A stretch of DNA of 64,000 nt from Lama guanicoe (taxonomy: Eukaryota): the NCBI GenBank assembly GCA_013239625.1, contig MU054187.1:9445231-9509230 (forward strand), given 5' to 3'. The position numbers and the translations under genes were made by a program. Numbering within the stretch: the first letter of the stretch is position 1; the number at the start of each line of letters is the position of its first letter. Below are positions 49,177 through 62,947 of the stretch, in pieces. The notes beneath the pieces were generated by a model. The model was not told where the DNA came from. It saw only the letters and a program-made list of their open reading frames with translations, and did no database searches.

Positions 49177-50087
49177 GGTGAGCATATGAGATTATACTGT
49201 AGTCTGATGAACTGGAAAGTCCTTACAAAGAGAAACAAACATGGCAGACACTTGAAAGGATTATCCAGGGACCTTTCAGGGAAATGTTAGTTTCAAGAGC
49301 TTGTGCAAACACACTTAACAGGTTTCTTGAGTAATCCTTTTGGAGCCCAGATTAACCTATAGTAACTAATATATTTGAAATGTCTGGACCAGGGGAGCCA
49401 TAAACCCAAAGATCTCTTCAAACAGTCTGTCAGAACGTGTGACAGCTATGGGCTTCACTCATGTACACGTAACTCCAATACCGAAAAGGGGTACTGGAGT
49501 TACCAATACGTAACCTAGATCAATTGTTCTCATAGGTCCAAGATCCTGGAGCTACACTTTCAATCTCCTATATCAAAAAGAAAAGGAAAAAGCCACCTGA
49601 CCCATTATGCTAAGGAGAATCTGGTATTAGAGCCTCTTTAGAAAATATTTAGGCCACTTTAAAATTATAAAATCTAAATTTATGATATCTCTAGGTTTTA
49701 TTTTCCAAAATTCTATGTATTTCTGACTTCAGCTCTGCTTGACAAAAGGTTTACGTTTCAAATTATAGTTGTCACTTTCATTTGTCTTAATTCTAAAGTA
49801 TTTATCCTTACAATTTTGTTATACAAAATACTATTTAAGTTTTTTTTCACTCAGTAAACATTTATTAGTAGTGTAAAGGTCAAAGATTGACTCAAAAACT
49901 GGTATATACAAAGGCAATAATTGAGGAACAATTCACTCCAGTTAACACAACTCTGCCCTCTTTCCCCCAGGACAGGAAGCAGAGAGGAGCTCTCTGCCTT
50001 GAGATCTGGTGGGAAGTAGAAGGCAGAGGGGGCAAACCGCTCCCTCAGGTACCAACCAACAAAAGGAACTAGGAGCTCCTAGAGTAA

Positions 50088-50270
50088 GTTTATTTTTTTA
50101 ATTTTATTTTTTATTGAAGTGTAGATGATTTACAATGTTAGTTTCAGGTGTATAGCAAAATGACTCAGTTACACACACACACACACACACAAATATTTTT
50201 CTTTCCAGATTTGTTTCTGCTATGTTATTACAAGAAATTGAATATAGTTTCCTGCGCTGTCCAGTAGGTC
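50088..50270 (-). mobile_element. L1 3' end containing an (AC)10 microsatellite (50171-50190)
   Basis: ttttattgaagtgtagatgatttacaatgttagtttcaggtgtatagc...ttattacaagaaattgaatatagtttcctgcgct. Confidence 0.85.
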
Positions 50271-53097
50271 TATTAAGCTTAATTGATAGGTTGCACCTAA
50301 ATTCAGCAATAGTGCACAGAGACTGTGAGTCTAGAACAAAAGTTAGAGATCACAAGGAACCACCTTACGTGAGAGCCTGGGTCCAAGGTCACTGGCCCTC
50401 AGCATCTCCAAAATGGGCACAGGCCTAACATTTGTAACCCAAAGAGGACAGGACCCAGCAGGGGGAAAGGCAAATGGTTCAGAGTCAGAAAGTGCTGACA
50501 CTGATGACTCACTGGCCCGGCCTATGCAGCCACCCTGGCCTGTGCTCTGGTGCTGGTGGGAGGAGAGCACAGTGGGGGCCCCAGTAAGAGACAGCACTTG
50601 GGGAACAGGGTTCCCCGGACAAGTCACTTCTCTTCTCTGCGTGTAAATGAGAAGCAGCAGCAGCAGCAAATAAGGAAATACTCATTTTTCCTAATTAAAC
50701 TCATGAGCTATGACTCTTGGCAGGCAGCAAGTTTGTAAGTTATATCTTTTTAATTTTCCACTGGTTACTACTAAACAGGTCAACGAGGACTTCATAAATA
50801 TTGAGCTACCCTTTCAAATTTTTATCCTTCACTTTATTTAGATGGTACTTCATTCAGGTCTTGTTTCCTCCTGGGAGGCCCTGGATCTTATTCTCAAACT
50901 TCTGAGGTAGATGATTTCCATTCTTTTCTACACATGATAAGCAGGAAGCACATGGTCATGAAAAGCACTGGGACCAGTATGGAGTATGATGGGAAGGGAG
51001 CAAACACCTGGGCCAGGGCACATTACAATGTCTGGGAAATCCTGCCACACCTCTTTATGTCTTCCATGATGGCATTTTGTCTTTTCTGCTAGAGTAACAG
51101 TCCCTACCACGCAGGCATCCTGTTGTCTTTCTATGGCACTCGGTGTTCTGTTGCATTAGGCATTCATTAAGTATTTGTTGATTCATGATCTATGCAAACT
51201 AGAAAAGGATAAAAATAAAGATATCCTATCGTGTGTCCTTTTCCAAGCCTGCAAGTAGCACGAGATGCCGTCCAGGAGGCTAGGGAGAAGAGCTGCAGTG
51301 TGCAGCTTACATACATGGCTGACCTGGGAGCTGTAAACAGAGAGAAAAAATATAATGTAATAAAATGTTCTCAGCACTTATTTGCTTAGAAGAAATTATG
51401 ATTTAGAAGGTATCTATAGTGTCTGCTAAATTGTCTGTTATTAAATATGCTGTCAAGGGGATAAATCTTTCTTGTTGCATATTATGAGAAAACAGCTTTA
51501 AACAAAGTGCCAAGGGTAAGGAAAGAAAAAGAAAAGGATGTTTGGTAAAACATCCCTTGTTAAAATGGCAATTGCCATGTCCCCTTTATTTTTATAAAAG
51601 ACAATATTTTGTTAAAAGACAATAAAGAAAACAAAAACTAATGGTCTCTAAATATTTCAAACTATATATATTTATACATATAATTATACAATATTGCCTT
51701 ACTTAGCTATTCTTTTTATAACAGCTATGTAAGATAATTCACAGAATTGCCTCAAAGGGATCTCTAACTGCTCTAGTGAAAACTAAGAAAATAATTGAAT
51801 TTCTCCACAGGAGCATTTCCAATAAGTCAATTATAATGAACCAGTTGAGTGTAAACTCTAACCTGGCTAACATCATCCTGTGTTTACTGGAAATACAGAT
51901 ACAATGTTTTAAGCCATGGGGAGCAAGATGGGCAGTTAGACTCCTCCTCTCTTCAAGAACCCTTGAGAAGAAGAAACAAGAGCTGAGATGCAGCAACATC
52001 TCCACCACCTTTAGGCCAGAGAAGGACAGATGCAGCGGGAGGCTACTGGCACGCATCTTTCTCCAGTCCTGCCTCCATGACCTTCTCCCTGTCCCCCGCA
52101 TGTCTTTCTGTTACATCTACTCTACCAACTGCCACCATTCTCCAAAGTCCAGGCTCACATCATTTCTCCCTTGAACTAAGGCACCTGTTTCCTATCTATC
52201 TGGACCCCCTGCTTCACGATTCTGAACTTTCCATCAATCCACAGGCTTAAACTACTTCATTCTATTAGCTCCTTAATGCCTGTAGCTTCTGGAGAACAGG
52301 AACACTGTCTCTCTCACTCCTCTATCCCCTGTGCTGGCACACAGTGGGTCTTCAGTAAATGATGGCTGGGTATAGAACAAAGTGCGATATGCAAACTCCT
52401 TCACAACCCGGCCCCACCTGATCTTCCCAGCCTCATTTCCTGCTCTCCCTCCAAATGTTCCAGCAGTTCTGAATTGTTCTGTTCTCCCAAGCACATCACG
52501 CACTGTCACATTTCTGATCATTGATAAAGCTGCTCTCTATTTAAAATATTCTTTCTCATTTCTAATCTGTCACCTCCTAATTCATCTGGTGACATTCAGA
52601 CTGCTGACGTATTAAATGAGCAAATGAACTCACAGCTCTCTGAAGTACCTTGCCTCTCCTCCCACTTCTCACTGGCAGGACCTTCCTGTCGTCATGTTCT
52701 CCCCGTCTCACTCCTTCCTGTCAAGAGTCATATCCCACCATATCCTAATATTAACTAAAGCAAGCTATGTGATCCCAAGCAAGATTCTGTTTCCTTATTT
52801 GTGTTTTTAAGAATGTGGTTGGGAGATGGCTCTGGCGTGATGTCAGCCTGGTCTATGTTTCTAATACTTTCACTCTTGTTTTTCCCACTTTCTGATAGAA
52901 GATCTGGAAATGAGAAAGTATTTCATGTGTTCAGGAAACAAAAGAAAAATTCAGCACTTACGAAACACTTTGTGTATGGAGAAGTAGCCGGTAGAGGCCA
53001 GAAAGGTAGGTTGGGGCTGGATTATGAACATGTACATGAGTCATACTTCATTCACTATCATTTAACAAGCAAAAGAAACAGCTAATGTGGCAAGAGG

Positions 53098-53130
53098 GGT
53101 GTGTGTGTGTGTGTGTGCATGTGTGTGTGG
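53098..53130. repeat. Imperfect (TG)n microsatellite
   Basis: Direct read. Confidence 0.85.
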
Positions 53131-53299
53131 TGGGTGACCCACTGTTAAAGACAGAGGCAGTCCCACACCTATCTGAGACATTTAGTTCTCAAGGAAATGG
53201 AGCAGAGCCACCAGTGGAGGACACATACCTCTGGAATTTTGTTTATATCACCAGGAAGACTCAGCCACCGCAGAGCAAACCGGCTTCGCTGACCAACCC

Positions 53300-56200
53300 T
53301 GGGACAACATTGAGATTGCCTGAGGGAGAACCAGACCTAGAGACCCTGAACCTCCCAGAACTGAGGACCAGGCTGCTTAAAGAGACCTTAAATCCTGCTC
53401 CATTTGGGATCCAACCCCACCAGATGACATGAGCAGGCCAGAACTGAACAGGCAGCTCCTACTGAGGCAGATCTAATGGGGAAGAAAACCTAAGGAGAAC
53501 TTAAAAATGTAACGACAATTCTTGAGTAGATTTATTTAAAAGGAAGAAATATGTTTTGGCAAATTAAAAGATAAACATTATTTCTGAATTTAAAAGCTAA
53601 GAGAAAATGAAAAACTACTACTGCTGAAAAACAGAGCAGCAATCAGGAGCAAGCCAGAAGATCTGTAAGATCAAACGGAGAAAATATCGTATGGTGGAGA
53701 GGAAAATACAAATGAAAGGATATCATCAGTGAAAAGAAATGAAAGCAAATGAAAATAAAGGCATCCCAGAAGGAAGAAAAGCAACAGAGGAGAATCACAA
53801 TCAAATAAAAAGGAAAAAAATTTTTTAAGTTTTCCTGAGTTGAAAAAAAAAAGACTCAATATTTCAAACAGCAGGGCACACTAAGTACTAGACAGGATTA
53901 ATGAACACGACACATATTTAGGCACATTCTCATGACATTTCTGAACTCCAAAGATAAAGAGAAATTCATACAAATCTCCAGAGAGAGATACGGCTATTTA
54001 AAAAGGAAAGAGAATCAGAACTGGTATCACATTTCTCATTGATGCTAGTAGAATCCGAAAAAAAAAAAAAAGAGGGGTTTATTAGTTAGTGACTTTTGAA
54101 AGAAGAGGATTGTGACCCAAAAATTCTATGCCTGGCTAGAACATCATTTATAAGGAAGTTGGAGAGTCCTCTCATTGTTGGGTTCCCTCCCTCTGAGACT
54201 TCCTTGACTTTGCTTATACCTGAGTGAGCAATAAGCCTGTGAATTCCTTGCCCTCATGGCTCTGGCGTGGTATGTCTTGACATGAATATCTTTAAAGGAG
54301 GGAAGAGCAGGCCCAGCAGTAAGCAGGGTCAGACCACAAAAGGGGCCAAAGAAGAGCATTTTCAAACATAACAAGGACTCAAAATTTATATTACCCGTGC
54401 ACTTTTCTAAGTAAATCATTCAAGGCAGAACATTTCAATCAAAAGAAAATTAAACCTAAATAATAAACTCATTGTAGGAGAAGATAAAGTATAAGAAACA
54501 ATGGTGATCCATGAGTTTAGTAAAATATACAGTTCTATCAAAACACATGGTAGTAGTATGCTTCTATGAGAAAGACAGCACACTTCTCAAGAGCAGGAAC
54601 ACAAACCGAAAGGGTGTCTAGTACCTTCAAAGTGCAGAGAGAGAGTGGCTATCAATCTAGACCTGCATGTTCAACTAAACTATCTTTCATTAACTAGGAC
54701 ATTTGCAGATAAACAAAATCTGCAAGAGTTTGCCTCCAGGAAAACTTAATGAAGGAATTTTATAAGAATATGCTTCAGGAAGAGAGAAAATGACCCGAAA
54801 AGAATATTAAGAGACAAGAAGGGAAAACGAACAAAAATATTGGCAGACAGCAACACAAATTGGTCAATTTAAATATATTACCTTTAACTATAATAATGTC
54901 TAATTTAGGAGTTTTAAAAAGATACAAATAAAATATTGGCCAAGAATAGTAATAATTTAATGGAGGAGGATCAAAGTTCACAACCTTCTACTATTCAGCA
55001 GGGAGTGTAAAGATACTGATTAACCTTGGACTTCATTAAGTTAAATATAAATGGAAAAAATCCAGATGAAACTTTGAAAAGGAAAGAAAAACAGTGTTGA
55101 ACCTCTAAACAATTTGAGAGAAAAAAAGAATGAAAGAATAAAAACAAACTACCCTTCAAAGAGAGAGAGAGAGAAAGAAAAGAAAGGAGAACAGGACAAA
55201 TAAAAAGCATGAAGACAGTTAAAACAAATCCAGCTACATTCTAAATTCCATTGAATATTAGTGGATTAAGCTTCCCAGTACAAGATAGATACTGTCAGGT
55301 GGATTTTTTAAAACCCAGCTATATACTATTCACAAGAAACATACCTAAATCATGAAGACACAGAAAAGTTAAATTTAGAAGGAAAAATATATTTATTCCA
55401 GGAGAACACAGAGAACTGAGTGAAAATCAAAGTACTTTAAGTTTTGTGAGAAGTGGTCAAAATATTACTTGAAGGGAAAGGCTTAGCTTTAAATACTTAC
55501 ATATTAAAAAACAAAATCTGAAAATTAGTGAACCAAGGTTGAACTATAGAAAAAAATTTTAAAAAAAGAATGATAATGTCTAAGTTGAAGGAAGATGAAT
55601 AAAAAAGCAGAAATTAATAAGATGGAAAATAAAGATACAGTGGAGAGTATTAACCAAGTCAAGAAATAAATCTGTGCAAAAATTAATTAAAGAGAAAATC
55701 CTCTGGCAAGACTGATCAAGAAAAAAAAGTGAGTAGACAAAATAATACTAGGACTGAAGTGAGGGACATAACTTCAGATAAAGAGGAGAATTTTTTAAAG
55801 AGACTATTCTGAAATTCTATGCCAATAAATTTGAAAAATTAGAAAAAACAGACAAATTTCTAGAAATATATATCTTACCAATATATCTTATTGTTTTGAG
55901 AAGTCATATGACTCCATCTCATAAAATGGAATTAGAACTTTAAAATCTCCTCACTAAGAAAATACTAAGCCTAGATGACTGTGCACACGAATTCTACAAA
56001 ACTCTCAAGCAATCAGATGTTCCAATCCTACACAAACTCTACCAGAAATGACAAAAAGAGGAATACTCCCCAATTTAGCCAATGATGTTACTATAACATT
56101 AATATCCAAACCAGATAAGGATAGTACAAAGAGGAAAATTACAGGCCCACCCACTCATGAACATGATGCAGGAATGTAAATGAAATGTTAGCAAACCAAA

Positions 56201-58420
56201 TCCAGCATTATAAAAAAAGATAACACATTACAACCAAGCAGGTTTATCCCAAAATGTAAAATGTATGAAATTTATAAATATAATTTACCATATTTACATA
56301 CTAAAAGAGAAAAAATTTCATGATAATTTTAACTGATACAGAAAAGTTCTAATAATATTCAGCACTAACTCATTAGAAAAGGTATCTGCAATTTAGGAGT
56401 TGAGTAGAGTTTCATCACCCTATATAGGGCATCATTCTTATGATAAAACGTTATCAAAGGATTCTTCTGAAAATTAGGAATAAGACAAGGATATCTACAA
56501 TTACCCATCTGCTCAAAATTTTACTGGAAGTTCTAACAAACGCAGTAAGATAAGAAAAAATTAAAAGTTTAGGGTCTTGAAAGGAAGAAAAAAAATTATT
56601 CTATACATAATAAATAAAAATAAATTATTAGAATTAATAAAAAGTTCAGCAAGGTGGCCAGATGTAAAATCAATATTCAAAAATCAATTGTATTACTATA
56701 CAGCAGCAACAATTAAAAACATATTTGATTAATATATTTCATAATAGAAACAAATATATATGGTACCAAGAAATAAATCTGAGAAAAGCTGTGCAAGACA
56801 TTCATGGAGAATTACTGAGACATTAAAGAAAGCCTAAGTAAATGAGAGTTGTATCATGTCAATATATAAAAAGATGCAATACTGTTGAGATGTCATGACT
56901 TCTCTCCAAAGTGAAGCAGATATTCAAAGAAAAATCTCAACAGTGCTTTTTCAGGAACTTACACCAATTCTAAAACACATATCAGAGAGCAAAAGCTCAA
57001 GACTAAACAAGGCATTTCTAATAGGAAGACTGAAACAGGGAACCTTCTGTATTGAATAGCAAAATTTTTTGGAAGTGATAGTAATCAAGACATAGGGATG
57101 GAACAAATGAATAATTAAACAGTAGAAAACAAAGGAACATAACTTTGTATACATTAAAATGATACATAGCAGATGGCATTGCAGGTTATTGGGGAAAGAT
57201 GGAACTTTAAATAAGCAGTGCTAGAATCCCTGACTATAAGGAAATAATAAAATTGGATTCTTAGCTTACATCAACACAAAAATCACTTCTAGATACACTC
57301 AAATGTAAAAGCCAAAACTTTATAAAACATTTTCAAAGAAACATGGGATAATATATCTATAACCTCAGAGCAGATTTATTGTACAAGACACAAAAATCAC
57401 TAACAAAAACATAAAGAATGATAAATGTGACTATATTATAATTAAGAATGGCTGTCCATAAAAGTTTACTATAGAAAAGTTAAGACACAATCCACAAACT
57501 GGAAATATACACACACATATATACATATATACATGTACATATAAACACATACATATTTACTAAAAGTCCCTATAAATTAATAGGAAAAAAGAAAAAAAAC
57601 CATAGAAAGATAGTCAAAGGATACAGAGAGATAGATCACAAGATGTTAATCTCATTACTGATCAAAAACGCAAATTAAAAACAAATGTTATTATAGTTTA
57701 TCCACAACACTAGCAAAAGATAAAAATATTGATACCATCCAAAGCTGGTGAGAATATAAATTGATACAGTCCTTTTGGATAGTAATTTTGGAGTATGCAT
57801 CAAAACCAAATATTTAATTACCCTTTGATCCAGATCCAAGTGATCTATTATTCAGAATCTGTCCCAATTATGTATAAAGATAAATATGCAAATATGTCCA
57901 TTGCAACAGTGTAAGGATGAGAATGACTCGTGTCCATCCCTAGAGATGGTTAACTGAATTATAATACAGTCACACTATGGATTGCTATGAAGTTATTTAA
58001 AATATATATACTACATATGGCATAACGATATTGAAATAGCCCCCCTACCAATCCACAAATATGAATGAAAAATAGATTTTGAGGAGTTAAACTACTAAAA
58101 TTTCAGCCTTAATTTGTTCCTGCAAGACAACCTAGCCAGCTCTAATCAATATTTACTGTTAAGAGGGAAAAAAGGCAAATCACAGGACAAAACTTAAAGA
58201 GTATTAACCTATATGTGTTTTTTAAATTATAGATGTGTGTATTTACTTATACATGAATGTAAACTTATCAAAGGTTAACAATTTCTCTCTGTAGAGAGAA
58301 AGTAAGAATTTCAGAAAGAAGAGAGAGGATGACAAAGGATTCTATGCCTCTACATTGCCTGAATTTTTCAAAAGCATATATTCATGTATTACTTTGTGTA
58401 AATATTTTCTTGAAAAATAA
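53300..58420 (+). mobile_element. Long, heavily decayed ancient L1 (L1ME/L1M-type): ORF1-like, ORF2 and 3'UTR remnants, probably more than one element
   Basis: ORF2-like text: ctctggcaagactgatcaagaaaaaaa; ttctatgccaataaatttgaaaa; ccaaaccagataagga; ggaataagacaaggat; ttcagcaaggtggccagatgtaaaatcaatattcaaaaatcaattg; no intact ORF. Confidence 0.8.
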
Positions 58421-59656
58421 AGCCGTTTCTTAAATATAATCTAGGATTGCTTTTAAATCTTCCAACATTTGACATGTACCACTCCCGTTAGCACTTCCTT
58501 CCCAGTCTCCTCCCTCACACCACCACCTGCATGAGCGGAAAGGCTCCACATGAAGAGGATGACCCTTACAAATGACCTGAGAACCTCTACGGGCAGCCTT
58601 TCCAAAAGTGCTGTGTGGGGATCAACATGCTAGTACCTTTACCTGACAGCAAGTTTACTATTTCTATCACTTTTCTGATAATGCCTGAGATGGGCAAATT
58701 AATTAGACTGAGATTTAGAATCCACAATAATATTCAAGATTCCTTGTTAAAAACAAAATTAATCCCACTACCAAAAAAGATTCTTCTAGGCCAACTTCCA
58801 ACATTCATGATTAAAGAAAATTCCAATGAGCCTTTACTGAAGGATGCCTTGTACAACTAGAACAAATTGGGAGAAAGCAAGTGTGATTCTTCCCTAAAGC
58901 ATTCATTTCTAGAGATGCTGATCCTCCCCACTGATCCTTTTAACACTTTTCTAATGTACCTTTTTTTTTGCTACCTTTTTCAAAGATCAAGAGGTCTGTG
59001 ACATTACCAACTATTACAAAAAAAAAAAAGCTCTGGGCAAAGTAAACAGAGCCCTTTTATCTTCAAAAATACATCTCACTAAGCAGGTTTATTATTTTGC
59101 CTACACAGGTATATAGTATATTTTATTGTGGGGTTTGTAATTTACTGATGTATTTGATGCAAATCACCTATAACTTCTTTATCTCTTTTTAAGTTCCTCC
59201 TGTAAAACCAAAAAAAAAAAAAACTGACATTCTATTTGAGGTGTTTTTCTGTACACAGACTTCTGTAGCTTTAAGCTAATGGTCTTAACTATTTTTAAAT
59301 ATCACACTTTGGTTGTGATAATTTGCATATGAGGTATTTTTAGAGGATAGTTCGGACCATAAATTTTAATTTCCAATTCTATTAAGCTGAGATTTTGATA
59401 ACTCAAAATGAATGGAAATGTGAATGCCTACAGACACCTCCAAAATAGTAAGAGATAAACCAATCTGCTACTTAAAGGATGTAACAACCACACTAAATAC
59501 TGCTTTCAGTACCAGTAATAAAAGCTAACATGCACTTTTTATGTTTCAGACACTGTGCATGCAATAACACACAAACCTCACAATAGTAGGAGAGAGATAC
59601 TGTAATTTTTCTTCATTTTACAGATGAAAAAAATGAAGTCAATACTTAAGTTGGTC

Positions 59657-60066
59657 AGCGTGATTTGTTTTCCAAGCCTGCCCTAACAAAGCACCGTGGC
59701 CTGTGGCTCCAACAACAGACACACATCTCGCAGTTGTGGAGGCTGGAGCCCAGAGACCAAGGCGCCTGTGGGCAGGCTCCTTCTGAGGGCTGTGCGGGAA
59801 GGACCTGCCCTCGCCTCTCTCTCTGGCTTGGAGATGGCCGCCATCTCCATGTCTTCATGTCATTTTCTCTCTGTGTGTCTTGTGTCCTAATTTCCTCTTA
59901 TTATAAGGACACCAGTTATATTGGATGAGGGCAACCCCAAATGTTCTCATTTTAACTTAATTACATTTATAGAAAGCCTATCTCCAAATAAGATCACATT
60001 GTGAGGTACTGGAGGTTAGTGCTCATTGTATAAATGGGGAGTCAGGGCACAATTCAGGCCATGACA
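59657..60066 (-). mobile_element. MLT1 (MLT1B-like) LTR nested in a MIR (59515-59650 and 60067-60130)
   Basis: cagttgtggaggctggag...ccttctgagggctgt...cctcttattataaggacaccagttatattgga...ctatctccaaataagatcacattgtgaggtactgg...cacaattcag. Confidence 0.85.
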
Positions 60067-60527
60067 CTCAGTGGCAGGACAAGGACTTGAACCAAGGTCT
60101 GTGACTTCAAAGCCTAAATTCATTCTATTTTACTATCTTGTGATGGCTTGATTCCTCATATGTTTACAGTCTGAAATATTTTTATTTTCCTTTCCTTACT
60201 AGACCATCAAGTTCTTGAGAGCAAGGACTATATCTTATTCCTTCAACAGGTATTTATTGAGCATTAGTCAACAAATATTTGTCACTATTCTAGAATGTTC
60301 AAGGCACTGTTCTTGGCACCACAGCTACAGCAGTGAACATGACAAAGTATCTTGTTCTCAAAGTTTACTCTGGGAAAGTGAAAGAGGCCAGACAACAAAA
60401 AATTTTTAGATAAGTAAATAAATAAGTGCTACAAAGACAATGAAACAGGATAATGTGATGAAGGTGGGTGGTTTTCTTAGGTGGTAGACTAACACAAAGG
60501 AGCACAATTTCTAACTGGATTACCATA

Positions 60528-61525
60528 AGTCATACAACTCAACATCAAAAAAAAATCTCAATTAAAAAATGGGCAGCAGACCTGAATAGGTATTTTTCCA
60601 AAGAAGACATATAGAAAGCAAAAAGGCACATGAAAAGATGCTCAACACTGTTAATCATCATAGAAATGGAAATTAAAACTGAATGAGGTATCACCTCACC
60701 TGTCAAAATGGCTATCATCGAAAAGACCACAAATAACAAACGTTGGTGGGGATGTGAAGAAAAGGGAACACTTGTACACTGTTGGTGGGAATGTAAATTG
60801 TTGCAGCCAATGTGGAAAACAGTATGCTGGTTTCTCAAAACACTAAAAATAGAACTACCATATGACTCAGTAATCTTACTCCTGGGTATATATCCAAAAA
60901 AATGAAAACAACAATTCAAAAAGGTACATGAAAAAAGGAAAAGAAAAAAAAATAGGTACATGCACCCCACTGTTTATAACAGCATTATTTACAATCACCA
61001 AGATATGAAGCAACCTAAGTGTTCACCAACAGGTGGATGAATAAAGAAGATGTGGTGTATCTATATACAATGGAATACTACTCAGCTATAAAAAATGAAA
61101 TCTCGCCATTTGCAACAATATGGATGGACTTGGAGGGTATTATGCTAAGTGAAATAAGTCAGAGAAAGATAAATAATGCATAATATCACGTATATATGGA
61201 ATCTAAAAAGTAAAACAAATTAGTGAATATAACAAAAAGAAAACAGACTCACAGATAGAGAGAACACACTAGTGGTTGGTTACTAGTAGGAAGAATGACC
61301 AGGGGAGGGACAAGATAGGAGTATGGGATTAAAAGGTACAAACTATTATGTACAAAATAAATAAGCAACAAGGATATATTGTACAACACAGGGAAGATAG
61401 CCAATATTTAAGAATAACTGTAAATGTAGTATAACCTTTAAAAATTGTGAACCACTATGTTGTACACCTGTAACTCATACTGTACATCAACTATATCACA
61501 ACTAAAAAAATAAATTTAAAAAAAT
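60528..61525 (+). mobile_element. 5'-truncated L1 (L1MA9/cetartiodactyl type): ORF2 C-terminus plus 3'UTR
   Basis: ORF 60708-60905 reads GCEEKGTLVHCWWECKLLQPMWKTV...IELPYD, the L1 ORF2p Cys-rich C-terminus; canonical 3'UTR and A tail. Confidence 0.95.
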
Positions 61526-61654
61526 CCAAATTCTTCCTCTTGACCCTAAAGGTGCTCCGTGTTTGGTACTGCCCTACTTATCTAGCCACGCTTATTTCTT
61601 ACCTGTCATCTATTCTAGGCAAACAAACTGCTAATGGACCACAGAGAGGAAGCT

Positions 61655-61880
61655 CTATAGTGCAGTGCTTATGTACCTGGGTTGAAATTAAACTGCAAAG
61701 ATTCAGATCCTGGTTCCACCACTTAAGAATTGGTTGACTTCGGCAAGTTACTGAACCCTTATGATCCTCAGTCTTCTCATCTATAAAATGAGGATACCGA
61801 TAGTATCTACCTTATAGGCCCATTGTTAACATTTATAAAGATAAGCATTGCTGGATACATTGTACTTGCTCCATAAACAC
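61655..61880 (+). mobile_element. MIR SINE
   Basis: ttcagatcctggttccaccactta...ggcaagttactgaacc...cctcagtcttctcatctataaaatgaggata. Confidence 0.8.
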
Positions 61881-62039
61881 TGGCTCCATGTGTTCATTCA
61901 TATTGCTACCATCTATTGGAATGCCCATCGATTCAAACTCTATCCAGGCTCAAAGGCCAACTCAAGTTTTTCTTCTTCCATGAAACCTTCACCAATTATT
62001 CCCTCTAGCCTTAATTTATCTCCCTCTTCTATTGTACAC

Positions 62040-62216
62040 TAGTTGTCAACCTTGTAGTGGAGGGGTAGAGAGTCACAGAGGCCTTAGAAAGTCTGCTGGG
62101 GAAAAGAGATCTTCTATTCATCAAAATGCACATGCGTGCATACACGTTTGCATAAAACACCAGGGGATTCATGTCCCTCTGAAATTCACTCATGGAACCC
62201 CAGTTAAGAACGTCTG
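62040..62216. mobile_element. Old hAT-Charlie-type MITE remnant
   Basis: tagttgtcaacctt ... caaaatgcacatgc...tttgcata...caggggattcatg ... ccccagttaagaacgtctg. Confidence 0.45.
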
Positions 62217-62638
62217 TCTTCCAGTCCATGTCTCCCCATCACCTGCTCTTTTCTCTTGAGGTCTCTTAACAAAAGTAGAACGCTACACAGAGCTAGAAGC
62301 AGCGTGGACAGAAACTAGTGAAGCTCACTTCATAGACAAGGAAACTGACAGGGAGGGGTGAAGTGACTTACTAAAGCACCCACAACTATGGAGTGGCAGA
62401 GATGGAGCCAGAACCTGTCCCCGGACTACCCTTCAAGGGTTCTTTGCAAAAGTATGTTTGAATAACAACTCCCACTCAGAGAACTCTAAAACCAAGAAAT
62501 AATGTTATCCCATTTTTCACATGGGATGGTGATCCCTTGAGGAATTTGTCCTCAAGCGATCGGGCCAGAAATCGCCAAGACTCATGCTCAGAATGATAAT
62601 TACTAAACAAACCAGCAATGTTGTTGCACTTTATTCTA

Positions 62639-62947
62639 CAGGAATACCTTGTTTTATTGTGCTTTACAGATACTGCTTTTTTTTTTAACCAATTGGAAGG
62701 TTTGTGGCAACCCTGCACTGTCAGATGATGGCTAGCAATTTTTACCAATAAAGTGTTCTTAATTAAGGTATGTACATTGTCTTTTTAGACACAATGCTAT
62801 TTGCACACTTAACAGACTACAGTATCGTGTAAACATAACTTTTATATGCACTGGGATACCAAAAGATTCATGAGACTTGTTTCATTGCAATATTCACTTT
62901 ACTAGGGTGTCTGGAATTGAACCTGCAATCTCTCTAAGGTATGCCTG
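62639..62947 (+). mobile_element. Tigger1-derived internally deleted MITE (309 bp) with TA TSD
   Basis: TA-caggaataccttgttttattg...aaggtatgcctg-TA; joins the Tigger1 5' end (ttgtggcaaccctgc) to its 3' end (gactacagtat.gtgtaaacataacttttatatgcactggg). Confidence 0.88.

Noticed and set aside
51565..51578. Perfect 14-bp palindrome atggcaattgccat
   Set aside because: About four such palindromes are expected by chance in 64 kb (64000/4^7)
60545..60970. 141-aa minus-strand ORF and 65-aa plus-strand ORF as genes
   Set aside because: They are antisense and sense readings of an L1 ORF2 C-terminal remnant
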